62,532 nt of DNA, filler included, from Stramenopiles sp. TOSAG23-3 (GCA_900128585.1; 3 parts of 3 records of this genome joined end to end with filler, not necessarily neighbours in it); one strand, 5' to 3'; counted from the whole stretch's first letter, positions 1 to 12,153 are shown. A program made the numbers and translations. The notes: generated by a model from the sequence alone, not told the origin.

Positions 1-519
1 GCAGCTGGTGCCACATTCTCGATGACTATAGCGTCCGATATTGCAGCAAACTCGGCAACAGCTGGTAATGTAGCTTTCACGATGGTAACATCAAAGGATA
101 ACACTGCGACGGCGAGTGCCACTGGTTATACACTAAAGATGTTTGCTGCCGACCCAACGTTTTCTCCAGCGTCTGGGAACGTAACAACGGGTTCGGCCCT
201 AACCCTCACTTCGACCAACGCTACCACAATCTGCCTGCGCTCAGGTACCACAGCCCCAACATGCTACGCGAACGGGACCTGTGGCATGGGTAGCACTGCT
301 TATAATGCCGCGGCCAAGCCAACGATCACTGCAGCGATTACATGGAAAGCAATTGGTTGCGCGGGTACCGGTAAGATTGATTCTGCCGTTGTCACAGCTG
401 CTTACGATGCAACTGCTGCCACCACCACGGCCGCCCCGGCCTCGGGTGCATCTCAAGCCGCTTGGTCGAGTATGTTGACTGTATTTGCCATTGCCATGGC
501 AGCCTTCTCTACGCTTTGA
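1..519 (+). CDS. 3' part of a probable GPI-anchored surface protein with a chitobiase/CHB_HEX_C-like (Fn3-associated) domain; 5'-truncated by the window edge
   Basis: Frame is open from base 1. ADPTFSPASG..LTLTS..TIC resembles CHB_HEX_C_1 repeats. An Ala/Thr-rich stalk is followed by small residues and a hydrophobic C-terminus (SSMLTVFAIAMAAFSTL), typical of a GPI signal. Confidence 0.6.
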   Translation, partial: AAGATFSMTIASDIAANSATAGNVAFTMVTSKDNTATASATGYTLKMFAADPTFSPASGNVTTGSALTLTSTNATTICLRSGTTAPTCYANGTCGMGSTAYNAAAKPTITAAITWKAIGCAGTGKIDSAVVTAAYDATAATTTAAPASGASQAAWSSMLTVFAIAMAAFSTL

Positions 520-725
520 ACATTGTGAATGCCAATGGAGCGAGAGATATTGCTTGTTGGTTTTTGAGGCAGCAGTGTTGTTGTTGTAAAAAAAATGTTC
601 TTCTTCTTCAGAATTATTATTATTCATCGTTTTTTTTATATTATTATTTAACAATATTAATACCACGCAGCATTTTTTATTAATATAAGAATAATAAAAT
701 AAACACAGCATCATCGTTCGTTCTC

Positions 726-2215
726 CTAATCCTCCTTCTTTTCGGCGACAGTCCAAAAGAAATCATCAACAAACGGTTGCATCTTTGAATCACGAGGAAG
801 AGCACGTTTGATAATGAAGCCAACCAATAGCCCGGATGGAATGGCAATAGCAAGGGTACATGCTGCCCCTCCAATTTGTGCCCAGCCTTGGTTTACCCCT
901 TTTGGAAAGTACACGTCCCCGTTGTCCTTTGTAGGGATTGCGGTCACTGCTATGCTTACAGCAATCTAAAATTGTGCGCATGAACGAAAAAGGAGAAAAA
1001 ATAAATTGTTTTTGTTAGATCTTGTTGTGGGGGAATCAGAGAAGTGATATGTAGGGGAATGAAATTACTTACGCTTCCCACGATCGCTGGCATCCCGTGA
1101 AGATTGTGCACCCCACAACTATCGTGCAAGTTCAACCCGTGTTCCAATTTGCTCTGAATTTTGTTAAAGCCGACGACAGAAACGATGGCCGCGGACGTCC
1201 CGATCAACAAGGCGAAGAACGGCGTGATATGCAAGTTCGATGCAGCGCCAACAGCTACTCCACCGGCGAGGGTCGCATTTTGGATGTCAACCGTTGATAT
1301 CCTTCCGTTGATCAATGCACTGACAACGAAAGTGGTCAAACAGCTTGCGCATAGCGACATTACAGTGTTGACGGTTGTCAACAACTGCTGGTTTTGACCG
1401 ATCGGGGCCGTGGCGCCATTGAATGATGGCCAGTAAACCCATAGCATTACCGTTCCAAGGAGGGAGAATACGTCGGAAACTTTACTGGGCTCTGCATTGT
1501 CCCCTGAATTTCCTTTCGGTGGACCAAGGACCCACGCTGCGGCCAGGCCAAAGTACGCCCCAAACAAGTGAATAAAAATGGTTCCCCCCATATCGAGCGT
1601 TCCGATTTGACCAATGCACAAGACTTCTTTGTTGAACGAATAAAAAGGCACTTCCAAAATGGCAAGTAGCGCTGTCTGAGACGGTGTTATTTTTCCGATC
1701 AGTGCACCGAAAGAAATCAAAACGGTGGCAGCCGCGAAATTTCCTTGCAGCAAAGAGTTTACGTTCAGCTCTACTTTCCCCCATGCTTGCGTTTCGTTGT
1801 GGCCGTCGAGTACGCCCGGGTAGCCATCGCTTCCATTGTTTGCTACCGATGCGAAAAACCTTCCAGACAGCACGGCCCACGGAATGCATATGGTTGTGAT
1901 TAGAAATGTAAACCCAACTGCTGAGAGCCCGTAGTCACGCATAAAAGTCATCAAGTAGCCGAACCCAACCACCATCATTATTGTAACGTTCAAGTAAAAT
2001 ACGTACTGAACGTCCTGTTTCAACGCAAATACTTGTTCTGGGTATTCCACAAACAAATAAAATAGAATTAAAATCATGATATTGAAGCTTCCAACTATAG
2101 TCGCCAAACGCCTCGCTTCACGCTTTGAGATCTCATCGGTGGACTCGTCTCCAGCCCCACCCTTTTCAAGGGACCCCGGCAATGAGTTGTAGTTCGTGTT
2201 CTTGTGGTTTAACAT
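726..2215 (-). CDS. Rhesus (Rh)-type ammonium transporter, two exons (2215-1073, 965-726)
   Basis: Rh/Amt motifs GFGYLMTF, DMGGTIFIHLFGAYFGLA, WPSFN, DIQNATLAGGVA, HDSCGVHNLHGMP. A phase-0 GT-AG intron joins ...IVGS to IAVSIAVTAIPTK, in frame with ORF 726..947. Confidence 0.93.
966..1072 (-). other. Spliceosomal intron (107 nt) in the Rh transporter gene
   Basis: Minus strand reads GGAAGC|GTAAGTAA ... TTTTAG|ATTGCT; removing it restores a continuous Rh-like C-terminus. Confidence 0.85.
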
Positions 2216-3314
2216 TTGTTTATCCGATCGCAATTTTTTGTTCTTGTTGTGGTGTTATTCAGGATAGATCATTCTTATATTATCTATTCTTTTCTCTCTT
2301 TGAAACCGTGTTTTGAGAAGTGCGCGTTGAAAAAACATCAATTGTAGAAAATCTTTTTTATTATACAATATATATAGTCACTAAATACAACAACAAAAAA
2401 TCATCGTGCGTGGTGGTGGGGGGGTACAAAATGTAGTATAATAATACCAAGGTAATAATAGCGCTTCTCTTCTTCTTCTTCTTTTTCTTCAGGGGGTCAC
2501 GATCTGACCCAAGATCCCAATGCTGTGCCTATATTATTGTTTAAATCCTTTGAGTCAATTTTCTCGCCCGGTACGTATATAAATTTATACCAGCGAAAGA
2601 AATAGAGAAAAAAGAAAAAAATAATAATAGAAATAAAGAGAGTATAATTTAGTCTAATAAAGAAAGAAAGAAGAAGAAGAAGAAGGATAAAAATATATAA
2701 ACCTACAATTTAAATATAATACTTGTCACTTTTTCACACTTCACACCTTCGCGAAGAAGATTGATTTTAGAACGACTAGACTATAACAATACATAACTAT
2801 AGTGTGAACAACAAAGTGAATCCCAGCTGTGATGATATTTTTATGTATTTCATAAAGCCTAAACAAGGCCCCCGCCCCCCCCGCCTCATGGGAATACCAT
2901 CATATAGGGAATATTATGCTTATTTATTACGATTTCCATTATTCTCTCCTCCTCCTCCTCGATCATCGAGAAGAAGAAGGAAAAAAAAAAGAAGGAAAAA
3001 AAAAAGAGAAAAAAAGAAGAAGAAGAAAAGAAAAGAAGAGAAGAAAGAAGAAGAAAGAAAAAAATAGAATTTAAATTTTCTATATTATATATTTCAAATG
3101 AATATATATACATGTAGAGAGATATAGAGAGAGAATTTAACAAGGTAAGATCAGATTATTTTATTTAACACACACGCGACAGTGAACAATACAGGGGAAT
3201 TTGTCGTTTTAATGTGAACTGAAACTTTTTGTGTGCGTTGTTTCTGGCAATTTTCAACAAGTGCAGCGTTTGTTACAGTTTTCTGCGAGGCGAGGGCTCC
3301 CTCGTGCTCGAGCG

Positions 3315-5345
3315 ATGGTGTTTAGGAGTCTCAATGTACAGCGCCCGACGTATAAAGAAATGACAGATATGTTTGCTGCTATAGAAAAAACACAGAAAAG
3401 AATCGAAATCCAGAACCTTATGACCAATTTTATAATCCGCGTTGTGAATAATGCGCCGCACGAGCTGCTGCCGTCCATGTACTTGGCGTGCAACAAAGTA
3501 GCACCACAATTTAAAAACGTCGAGCTGGGGATAGGGGATGCGTTGATACAAAAAGCGCTGGCGGCGATTTCGGGGCGTGGTATTTCAGAAATCAAGGACA
3601 GGTTTAAAGCCACAGGGGACCTAGGCATTGTCGCAGAAGAGATGTATGTGGACGTGGCCGGTGGGAGTGCAGGGCTGGAAGTAGGGGAAGTGCACCGCAC
3701 GTTCCTTGAGTTGGCGTCGTACAGTGGGGCAAAGTCGCAGGAAAGAAAAATCGACTCAATTTGCAACCTGTTGAAAAAATGCCAGAGCGAAAAGGAACAA
3801 AAGTACATCATACGCAGCTTGCAGAAGAAGATGAGGCTTGGGCTGGCAGAACAAACCGTCCTGTCCTCCCTTGGGCAAGCGGCTCGCCTTCTGGAAATCC
3901 TCGGCGATCAAACAGAGGATCAGGGCGCCGTACGGAAAATGCTCACGGACAAAAGTGCCAAGCAAGGGCTGAACGACGCAGCAGCCTCCGTCAAGAAAGC
4001 GTTTTCGATGGTCCCGTCGTATGATATTATTGTTGGGTCGATTTTGAAGGGGGGGGTGCCGCTCTTGCCTACCCAACCGCAGCTCGGTGTCCCAATCCAA
4101 CCGATGCTGTCCAGGCCCGCGAGAAGCGTTGAAGACGCCGTAAAGATCCTCTCCAGCTATGGTGAGACTAGAAACGGGGAATTGCCTTCGGATGAGGGAC
4201 TGCCATCCTTCGCCTGCGAATGGAAATATGATGGAGAGCGGGGCCAGATCCATATGCTCGAGGATGGGACCGTCCAAATATTTTCCCGGAACATGGAAAA
4301 TTCGACCGAGAGGTTCCCCGACATCGTGTCCGTCCTCAAATCTTGCAACGGTTTCCAAAGCGAAAACCCTGTTCAATCGTGCATCCTGGACTGCGAATTC
4401 GTTGCCTTTGACCGTGCAACGAACGCTATTCTTCCTTTTCAAGTCCTTTCTACCCGCGGCAGAAAGCACGTTAGCAAAGAATCTGTAACAGTGGATGTTC
4501 TAGTTCTACCATTCGACCTGTTGCACATCAATGGTGAATCCACCCTGGACCTGTCGTACACAGAACGGCAGCGCATTCTTCGAAAGCACATCGTAGACAT
4601 ACCTGGCCGGCTGGAGCTAGTATCGTCCCGCTACGCCAACAGCGTCGAGGAAATCGAAGAGTACCTCAGCGAAGCCATTCAAAACTCATGCGAAGGTCTC
4701 ATGATCAAATCAATCGAGGAAGAAAATTCGTCGTACAATCCATCAAAGCGATCTTCGAAGTGGTTAAAGCTGAAGGAGGACTACCTGGATGGGTTCGGGG
4801 ACTCGCTAGATTTGGTGCCCATAGGCGCGTGGATGGGGCGGGGCAAGCGCAGCCAGGTGTATGGAACGTATCTCTGCGCGTGTTTAAATGCGGGCACGGG
4901 AATGTACGAGACTGTGTGTAAACTGGGAACTGGGATGTCCGACTATCAGCTGGAAGAGTTCTATAATTTGTTTCAAGCGAACGAAAGCATAAACGCGGAA
5001 AAACCTGCCAACTATCACGTTAATGACGGAAACGGGTTCGTTGCCCCTGACGTATGGATCGATCCCACCGTGGTGTGGGAAGTTAAAGGTGCGAGCCTTT
5101 CCCTGTCGCCAACACACACGGCTGGTATTGGGCAAGATGACGGCACGGTCTTGGCAGATGCATCTGTTGAAACTGGAAACGAGTGCAAAGAAACACACGA
5201 AAAGAAAGGCATCGCTTTAAGGTTCCCCCGGCTTTTGCGCGTCAGGGATGACAAATCGATAGAAGACATATCAACGAGCGAAGACATCAAGAACATGCTT
5301 CCCGCAGAGTTGCAACAACGTGGGGGGGCGGCGTATAGAAAATGA
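3315..5345 (+). CDS. LIG1: ATP-dependent DNA ligase I-like (N-terminally short, possibly organellar); start uncertain (frame open from 3231)
   Basis: Motif I EWKYDGERGQIH, CEGLMIK, WLKLK.DY, GRGKR, VCKLGTG, LRFPR, and DNA-binding-domain motif ELGIGD...GDLG. Confidence 0.9.
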   Translation: MVFRSLNVQRPTYKEMTDMFAAIEKTQKRIEIQNLMTNFIIRVVNNAPHELLPSMYLACNKVAPQFKNVELGIGDALIQKALAAISGRGISEIKDRFKATGDLGIVAEEMYVDVAGGSAGLEVGEVHRTFLELASYSGAKSQERKIDSICNLLKKCQSEKEQKYIIRSLQKKMRLGLAEQTVLSSLGQAARLLEILGDQTEDQGAVRKMLTDKSAKQGLNDAAASVKKAFSMVPSYDIIVGSILKGGVPLLPTQPQLGVPIQPMLSRPARSVEDAVKILSSYGETRNGELPSDEGLPSFACEWKYDGERGQIHMLEDGTVQIFSRNMENSTERFPDIVSVLKSCNGFQSENPVQSCILDCEFVAFDRATNAILPFQVLSTRGRKHVSKESVTVDVLVLPFDLLHINGESTLDLSYTERQRILRKHIVDIPGRLELVSSRYANSVEEIEEYLSEAIQNSCEGLMIKSIEEENSSYNPSKRSSKWLKLKEDYLDGFGDSLDLVPIGAWMGRGKRSQVYGTYLCACLNAGTGMYETVCKLGTGMSDYQLEEFYNLFQANESINAEKPANYHVNDGNGFVAPDVWIDPTVVWEVKGASLSLSPTHTAGIGQDDGTVLADASVETGNECKETHEKKGIALRFPRLLRVRDDKSIEDISTSEDIKNMLPAELQQRGGAAYRK

Positions 5346-5473
5346 GATCTATTGATTTTGAACTTCTCGTATTTTTCTTCAAGTTACTCTTAAAAACAAA
5401 ATAATGGCTATTAATTATTAGGTATTTAAACTCTTCAATCAAGGATTTTAAAGTTTACAACCACGTGCCAACC

Positions 5474-7963
5474 TCAAACTAGTCTTTCGTCTGGGTTCTT
5501 CCTGCCGCTTTTCCCGAGGATACTCCGTCGGTTGCCAGCGGCGGCCAAACTTTGCTTTCTAGCTTTTTCAAAAAGTAACTGGATTGGAGAGGGCCCAGCC
5601 GCATTCTCTTGAACCAGTGATGCCCGACTTCGTTCAATTAATGGCGTACGATGGCTGGCGGGCGACGTGTCGTTCTCGTCTGCAACATCACCGTGCCCTT
5701 TTTGCTTCTGCATTTGAAGAGCCGTTTCATGTTTTGACCTCAGCTCAATTTCAGTTTTCAGGGACCTCTGCTTCACCGACTCTATCTCTCGGCTGTACTG
5801 CTCTTCGGCGTGCACCAGCCGATTCTCCATGTCCTTTTTTGCGCTTGCGGTTTTTACCAATTTTGATGTTGTATCTCCCAGTCGCTCTTTCATGGACTGA
5901 TTTTCGAGCTTTAGCGCGACGACTTCTTTCGAATTTTCAGCCTTGAAGGCTTCCAGGTCGCTGTCGTACTTTTGTTTCATAGCCGACAATTCCTCTTCGT
6001 ATTCTTGGCGCTGCCGTTCGATCGTAAACCTATGCCGGGCTTCTAGCACCCGTTGAATGCCTTGCATGTAAATTTCTTCTAACTCTTTCAAATCCTCTAG
6101 ACTTTTGTCCTCAATTCCTACCCCGTCTGTAAGCAACGCCAACTCCGAATCCATCTTCATTGCTCTGCTTTCCGCTTCCAGCAGATTTTGCCGTTCGCCT
6201 TCCAACATGCCCGTCACTTGCTCCAGCTCTTCTTCCATGGAGTCCAGCGCATCCTTCAGCTGGTCGGACTCATCAAAAAAGTTCGACGCAGACCTCCAAG
6301 ATTGATTGCTTGTGCGGCCTGACAACTTTCCAGGGCGGTGCTGAGAAAATGACCGAGACTTCGAAAACTCGTTCGACCATTCCCTCGGCCCCCAGGTTTG
6401 CCGGACTCTGTGCTGGCGCTTCTTCACGACACTGCTGGACCCCGAATCGCTGTGCCTTGTGGTGCCAAACCGACCATCTTCCATTTCATGGCCGGCGGCC
6501 GTCAGGACCAACTTTGTCAGCTCTTGCAGCTTGGACTCAAGTTGTTCTCGAAGGGCGGTGGCCTCCTTCGCCTCAGCAGTGATCGTTTCGCGCGCTTCGT
6601 CGATGGCCACTTGCGACTGGGCGTTCCCTGCCGTCGCGACGCTGGCGGCAGCGAGCGACGCGGCCTGTCCGCCCCCGCTCGATATTCCAAAATTCTGCAG
6701 CTGCTGCCGCAGTTTTGTCATTTCGTCTTCGTGCGCGCCCATAATGGACATTCTCATGTCGACTTCGTTGACTTTGGCCCTCGATTTGACACGATTTGCG
6801 TTTGCGGCAAAGGCCAGCGTGGTCCTGGACTCTTCGAAGTGGCGCTGCGATGGTGCTATCGTGCAGACAATAGCCGTTTTTGCATTGCCCCCGAGGGAAC
6901 GCCGCAGGATTCGTGTGAGCTGGCTGTTCCTGTACGGAATGTGACCGTCGGGATCGTTTACTAACTTCCTTATGACACTGCCAAGCGTCATCAAACTCTT
7001 GTTAATGTTCATCCCTTCCTTCCTTCTACCGCCAGTTGTTCCCGCATCCGCGGTCCGCTCCGACCCAGCAAGGTCTACGATGTTCAGTGTCGAGACCCGG
7101 ACACGAATTTTCTCCGACCCTTTCTTGTTCGCCGGGTTTTCTTTCGCATCTCGGCTCTCTATGACCAAACGAAACACCGTGTGGGATCGGCTACTTTCTT
7201 CGTTCAACCCCGTTGCACCAACTGCACGGTTGCCAAACCCCGTGTCCAACAACTGCCAAACGTGGTCTGGGGACGTCACTATTTCCTCTTTCACCCCTTG
7301 GATCAGCACGCCCCTGTGCTTGTCGTTGTACACTTGGAGACGGGTTGCCTTCGGGTTCAGTAAATCACGAACGATTTCATTATAAATCTCAACCATCGAA
7401 ACCCGTAACAGAAACGCCCTGTCCGGGGTCTCGTTAATGTGTCTAAATATATCAATAACACTCAGCAATATCACGCCCGGGGTCGAATGGTTCCCGAGCA
7501 TGGTATGCGTTTTCCCACTACTTGTTTGCCCGTACGCGAGAATCGTGCCGTTTATGCCACGCATAGCTTCCTTCACTACTGGCTTTCCTACTTCCTCGAA
7601 CAGCGATGACGTGTCAAACGAGGAATCGAACACGTTTCCTTCTTTAAATGACGGTATTTTTCGCTTGGTACTGTTTGGGTTTACCGTTCGCTTTCTTGAC
7701 CCCCCCCGTTTGGTCGCAGTGTTGGACCTCTTGCGTGAGCTACCGGCGCGATGGGACAGCGGGGTGCGGCTCTTTGCCTTGGCACTTTTGCCTCCTTTCA
7801 GCGAACCTTCCTTTTCAATGTACTCTTGTAATTTTTCAGACGTCACCAGACGGTCCCTGTTGTCGCTCACACCCCATGCGTTTATGTCCCCCCGCTCCTT
7901 TTCCTTCTCCGACAACGGGCGGATCCGAATCGCTACGTTTACAGTTCCAGACTCTTCCTCCAT
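5474..7963 (-). CDS. Kinesin motor, kinesin-7/CENP-E-like, with C-terminal coiled coil
   Basis: P-loop AYGQTSSGKTHTM, NEESSRSH, VDLAGSER, HIPYRNSQLTRIL. First good ATG (MEEESG) at 7963. Confidence 0.9.
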   Translation of the reverse strand: MEEESGTVNVAIRIRPLSEKEKERGDINAWGVSDNRDRLVTSEKLQEYIEKEGSLKGGKSAKAKSRTPLSHRAGSSRKRSNTATKRGGSRKRTVNPNSTKRKIPSFKEGNVFDSSFDTSSLFEEVGKPVVKEAMRGINGTILAYGQTSSGKTHTMLGNHSTPGVILLSVIDIFRHINETPDRAFLLRVSMVEIYNEIVRDLLNPKATRLQVYNDKHRGVLIQGVKEEIVTSPDHVWQLLDTGFGNRAVGATGLNEESSRSHTVFRLVIESRDAKENPANKKGSEKIRVRVSTLNIVDLAGSERTADAGTTGGRRKEGMNINKSLMTLGSVIRKLVNDPDGHIPYRNSQLTRILRRSLGGNAKTAIVCTIAPSQRHFEESRTTLAFAANANRVKSRAKVNEVDMRMSIMGAHEDEMTKLRQQLQNFGISSGGGQAASLAAASVATAGNAQSQVAIDEARETITAEAKEATALREQLESKLQELTKLVLTAAGHEMEDGRFGTTRHSDSGSSSVVKKRQHRVRQTWGPREWSNEFSKSRSFSQHRPGKLSGRTSNQSWRSASNFFDESDQLKDALDSMEEELEQVTGMLEGERQNLLEAESRAMKMDSELALLTDGVGIEDKSLEDLKELEEIYMQGIQRVLEARHRFTIERQRQEYEEELSAMKQKYDSDLEAFKAENSKEVVALKLENQSMKERLGDTTSKLVKTASAKKDMENRLVHAEEQYSREIESVKQRSLKTEIELRSKHETALQMQKQKGHGDVADENDTSPASHRTPLIERSRASLVQENAAGPSPIQLLFEKARKQSLAAAGNRRSILGKSGRKNPDERLV

Positions 7964-9038
7964 GAGTTGTTTCCTTCTGTTGTTGTTGTTGCGGTTTGAC
8001 AAAATGGCGAACGCCCAATATTTTACCACTACAAGACGTGTGGGTGGATAGAAAGAAGAAACTTCTTTGGCAAAATGAACAACAATTGCGAAAGAAACCC
8101 GTGCCGTGCCTACCTTTGAATGATCGTTCAAGTTTTACTCTTCCTGCTCTTTTCTTCTTGTCTATTTCTTTTCCTCTTTCGTTGTTCTGTATATAAATCA
8201 CCCTACGCACTACAATAACTGTGCGTGCGAAACTAAATTTTTTTAGTATTATATATAGTAAAGAAGAAGAAGAAGAAGAAGACTAACCATAGAAGATAGA
8301 AGAAGAACGAAGACTCTTTTTTTTTGAAGAAGTTGATGAGATGAATTGTGTTCTTTAAATAAATAAATCTAATACACTCTTTTTGTCTTTTCTAATATTA
8401 ACACATTTACTATATTATAATAATGTATACAATACAGTTAAATACATAATAAATAATATATTGAATTGTTATTTATTTTTGAAAATATAAAAATACTGTA
8501 TTGTAGGGTTATAAATCTATTTTTATACAACCTTCCTTCGTTCCTTCTTCTTGAATGACACAACGCAACGTTCATTTTCTCTCTCCTTTTTTTTAATATT
8601 ATAAATTATAAAATCAATTTTATTTTATTATAACTAACTATGGTATCCCGTAGACTATATCCAATAATTCCTATTATAATTAATATCATAATTAACTACG
8701 ATATATCATAGACTATAATAAATAATCCCTATGATAAATAACATCAATTCAACCAAATTTTTTTTTTGGATTCTTCCTTCATCTTCTTCTTTTTCTTTTT
8801 TTTTGTATTAATAAACAAAAAGAAAATAGAAGAAGAAGGAAGAAGAAAAGAAGAAGAGGAGCTTCTTCATTTAATATTTTTTATTATTATTATTATTGTT
8901 GTGTTTTTTTCTTCTTCGTCTTCTTCTTCTTTTTTTTTTTTTTTAATTTTTTTTGAAAATATATTTAATAATAATATTTTTAATAAAATAGAATTTTTCA
9001 ATTTTCAATTTGGTTGTGATGAGGAGGAGGAGGAGATG

Positions 9039-9065
9039 NNNNNNNNNNNNNNNNNNNNNNNNNNN
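9039..9065. other. Scaffold gap (27 N)
   Basis: Run of N. Confidence 0.99.
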
Positions 9066-9302
9066 TTGTTCATTGTTCTTCATTTTTATAGAATTAGAAG
9101 GTTTGTGGAAGGCAGGTATTTGCTATTGGCTTGCTTTGGTTTGGTTTGCTTCTCTTTTTTTTTTTCCTTCGGTGGTTTTTGTTTTAGTGATACTTTTTGC
9201 AGAAACCGTTCTGGGCTGAACGAAGGTAGGGGTGTGTGCGTTGGTCGATAGGTAGGCAGGGAGGCAATTGTGCTGAGTGAAATTTGCCGTGTACAGGTCG
9301 AT

Positions 9303-11339
9303 ATGGATAGATATTCGTACCCGTATGACATGAGCGCTGTCCAAAAACAACACGAACAGTTAGACCGGGCAAGTGCAGGGAAAGAAACGACACGCGGGAC
9401 GGCCGGGTCGAAGGTTGGGGCGGGGGGAGGGGGGAAAGAGGAAGACCCAGCTGCAATGCAAAAGCAGCTAAAAAAGTTAGAGAGTGAACTAAAGATGGCA
9501 TCGCAAATTCCGATGGGCGCCGCCCACGTAGACTGGCGGGAAAAGCGAATGCTGAAACAGCAGGAAAGTGCGAAGGTGCACGCGAAGAGTTCACGACGGA
9601 GCTTTGCGCCGCTGCCGACCAAAGCAAAAGAATACCTTGATCGGCGAGACTTTACTGGGGCGTTGACGACGCTCCGTTTTCTACATAGTCACGACAGCGG
9701 GGCTAGGCAGGAGACAGGTGCCTGGGGGCTGCTCCCATGGGTTGGGTATACGGCGTTTCACGTGGGGGATTTTGAGAAAGCGCTGGAAGTGTACAGAGAG
9801 CTTGAGGGCGGCAGCGTAGCCCCGCCTCCTTTCACCCTGTTGAACACGGCCTGCTGCCTGTACCATATGCAACAGTACGACGAAGCCAAGGAGATATGCC
9901 TTCGGAAAGACCTGGCCGATGGCTGTACAGAAGCCGAGGAAGAAGTCACGTGGCAAACGGCCAATCGCATATTGTTTCACATTGCATACAAGCAAGACGA
10001 CGAGACGAAAATTTTGGAGTATCACGATAAGTTGCAGGAGGCTAGCGTAGAGGACCAGCTGTCCTTGGCCGCAATGCACTTTTTGCGCGGGCACTTCCAG
10101 GAAGCGACGACCATCTACAAGCGTTTGGTAGTCTCCAATAGGGAGGCGCTGGCTATAAACATTTATTTGGCCTTGTGTTACTACAAACTAGATTATTACG
10201 ACGTCAGCGTGGAACTGCTTGGCGTGTATCTGGTGCAGTACCCCGACAGCGGCTTTGCCCGGAACTTAAAAGCCTGCAATGCCTTCCGCCTGTACAACGG
10301 TTTCACCGCAGAGAAAGAGGCAAAATCCCTGCCGGGCGGCAGCACCTCCCAGGCGGACCTGGGGAGCGACCTACTTGCCCACAATCTCTGTGTCTTTCGC
10401 GAGGGGGAGGGGGGCTTAAAAGTCTGGCCCCCGCTCCTCAATTTTATACCAGAGGCGCGGTTGAACCTGACGATCAACCGCCTGAAAACTGGGGACTATG
10501 CGGCGGCGCTGGAGTTGATTGAAGATGCTGTCCCCCTGGACCCGGTCCAGTACATCTTGAAGGCCGTCGCGTATTCGTGCATGGCGGAGCACTGCACCAA
10601 ACCCATCCCCGCCAAAGAGCGGGAAATGTATAAATTGAAAGCGATGGAGCTGTTCAACGCCGTTGGCGCCAGCGCGAGCGAGTGCGATACGATCCCTGGG
10701 CGGCAGAGCATGGCGTCAAAATTGTTTCTGGCTGGCGCATTCGCGGACGTAAACGTCTACTTGAGCTCTGTGAAGCAGTACATGTTTAGTGACGACGCCT
10801 TCAATTGGAACTACGGTATCTCTTTGGCGGCTACGGGAAACTTTAAGGAGGCGCAAGAGGCGCTTCTTAGTGTAAAAAATGAGGAATGGGTGAAGGAGTA
10901 CACTTACTTGCGCTGGCTCTTAAAGTGCTACATTGCAAACAAACAGGCGCCGAAGGCGTGGGCCCTGTACCTCGACTCCGACGACACAGAAGATTCGTTG
11001 GAAATGTTGGTCCTGCTGGCGAACGAATGCTACCTTTGGGGAGCGTTCTTGATCTCTGCGAAAGCGTTCGACGTGTTGCTGAGGCTGGACTCTACAAAGG
11101 AGCTGTACTGGGAGGGAAAACGTGGTGCCTGCATCGGGGTCTTCCAGCAAGTCGTTGCGGGCCTGGAACCCCGAGACTCTTTAGAGGATGTCGTAGAATT
11201 GCTGAAGCGCAATGGGAACGACCGACCACAGGTAGACTACATCGTTCGAGTTATAGCCAAGTGGAACACGGAGATGAACCTAACAAAAATGAAGAGAGTG
11301 CAACCGGTGCTTGACAGCTCGAATGATTCTTACATGTGA
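9303..11339 (+). CDS. TTC26: Intraflagellar transport protein 56 (TTC26/DYF-13), TPR protein
   Basis: Signature segments ALCYYKLDYYDVS, NLKACNAFRLYNG, IPEARLNL, SASECDTIPGRQSMAS, WEGKRGACIG. Start ATG uncertain. Confidence 0.92.
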   Translation: MDRYSYPYDMSAVQKQHEQLDRASAGKETTRGTAGSKVGAGGGGKEEDPAAMQKQLKKLESELKMASQIPMGAAHVDWREKRMLKQQESAKVHAKSSRRSFAPLPTKAKEYLDRRDFTGALTTLRFLHSHDSGARQETGAWGLLPWVGYTAFHVGDFEKALEVYRELEGGSVAPPPFTLLNTACCLYHMQQYDEAKEICLRKDLADGCTEAEEEVTWQTANRILFHIAYKQDDETKILEYHDKLQEASVEDQLSLAAMHFLRGHFQEATTIYKRLVVSNREALAINIYLALCYYKLDYYDVSVELLGVYLVQYPDSGFARNLKACNAFRLYNGFTAEKEAKSLPGGSTSQADLGSDLLAHNLCVFREGEGGLKVWPPLLNFIPEARLNLTINRLKTGDYAAALELIEDAVPLDPVQYILKAVAYSCMAEHCTKPIPAKEREMYKLKAMELFNAVGASASECDTIPGRQSMASKLFLAGAFADVNVYLSSVKQYMFSDDAFNWNYGISLAATGNFKEAQEALLSVKNEEWVKEYTYLRWLLKCYIANKQAPKAWALYLDSDDTEDSLEMLVLLANECYLWGAFLISAKAFDVLLRLDSTKELYWEGKRGACIGVFQQVVAGLEPRDSLEDVVELLKRNGNDRPQVDYIVRVIAKWNTEMNLTKMKRVQPVLDSSNDSYM

Positions 11340-12153
11340 TCATGAGAAGAAGAGGAAGAAAATGAGTGCGCCTCTCTGAACAATTTCCACCTTTCTTTAA
11401 AACAGTTCTGAAACAATTGATGATGAATTCTTTCTACTAGTCACATGCACAATCATCATCTCACTCTTTTTTCTTTTTGTTGTTTTAATTATTTCTTTTG
11501 TAGTTGTTTTGTTTGTTTTTAAAGAGGTTTGTACAACAGGTTTGCGGTTCTTCCAATAGGTGAATAGCATTACAATATTCAAATTTTAACACTATTCCCT
11601 TGTAGTTTTTATCGAACCTTTTTTATAATAATTATAGAGATGCTGTGTAAGTGCTATTTGATTTATTTTTTTAATTATAATCAATAGTCTATCTATAAAA
11701 ATTATTATTTATTATCTCTCATTTTCATCAATTTTCAATCCCATCATATTATTATCATCCTCAACAACAATTATTATTTTTAAAAATAATGCTGTGGTAC
11801 TGTTAAAATTGTTAATATTTTTAACTTATTATCTTTTTTTTTCTTTCTTTCTTTCTTTCTTTCTTTTTTATAATAATAATAATAATTCTATTCTTCTTCT
11901 TCGTTCTTCTTCTTTTTTCCTCCCACATTCTTCTTCTTCCCTTCGTCGGTTCTATATTTTTGTATTTATAAAGAACAGTTCAAGACACTACATACATTAT
12001 TCATTTCTATTTCTCAATTGTATGTGTGGACTCATTTTCAAAAGTGAGACAGATTTATGGGTTGAGGGGGCTAGTAGTAGTAGTGTTTATATTCTAGCCG
12101 TTCCGTTGGTGTATTGTTCGTGTGATAATAGGCCACCCAACCGCCGCCCCACC

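Noticed and set aside
2804-3143. Lys/Phe-rich ORFs (also 8766-9251 and 29012-29339)
   Set aside because: Translations of (GAA)n and poly-A/T microsatellites.
11794-12153. 120-aa N-terminal extension of the EF-hand coiled-coil ORF
   Set aside because: Low-complexity T-rich spacer read through without stops; coding-like sequence starts at ATG 12154.
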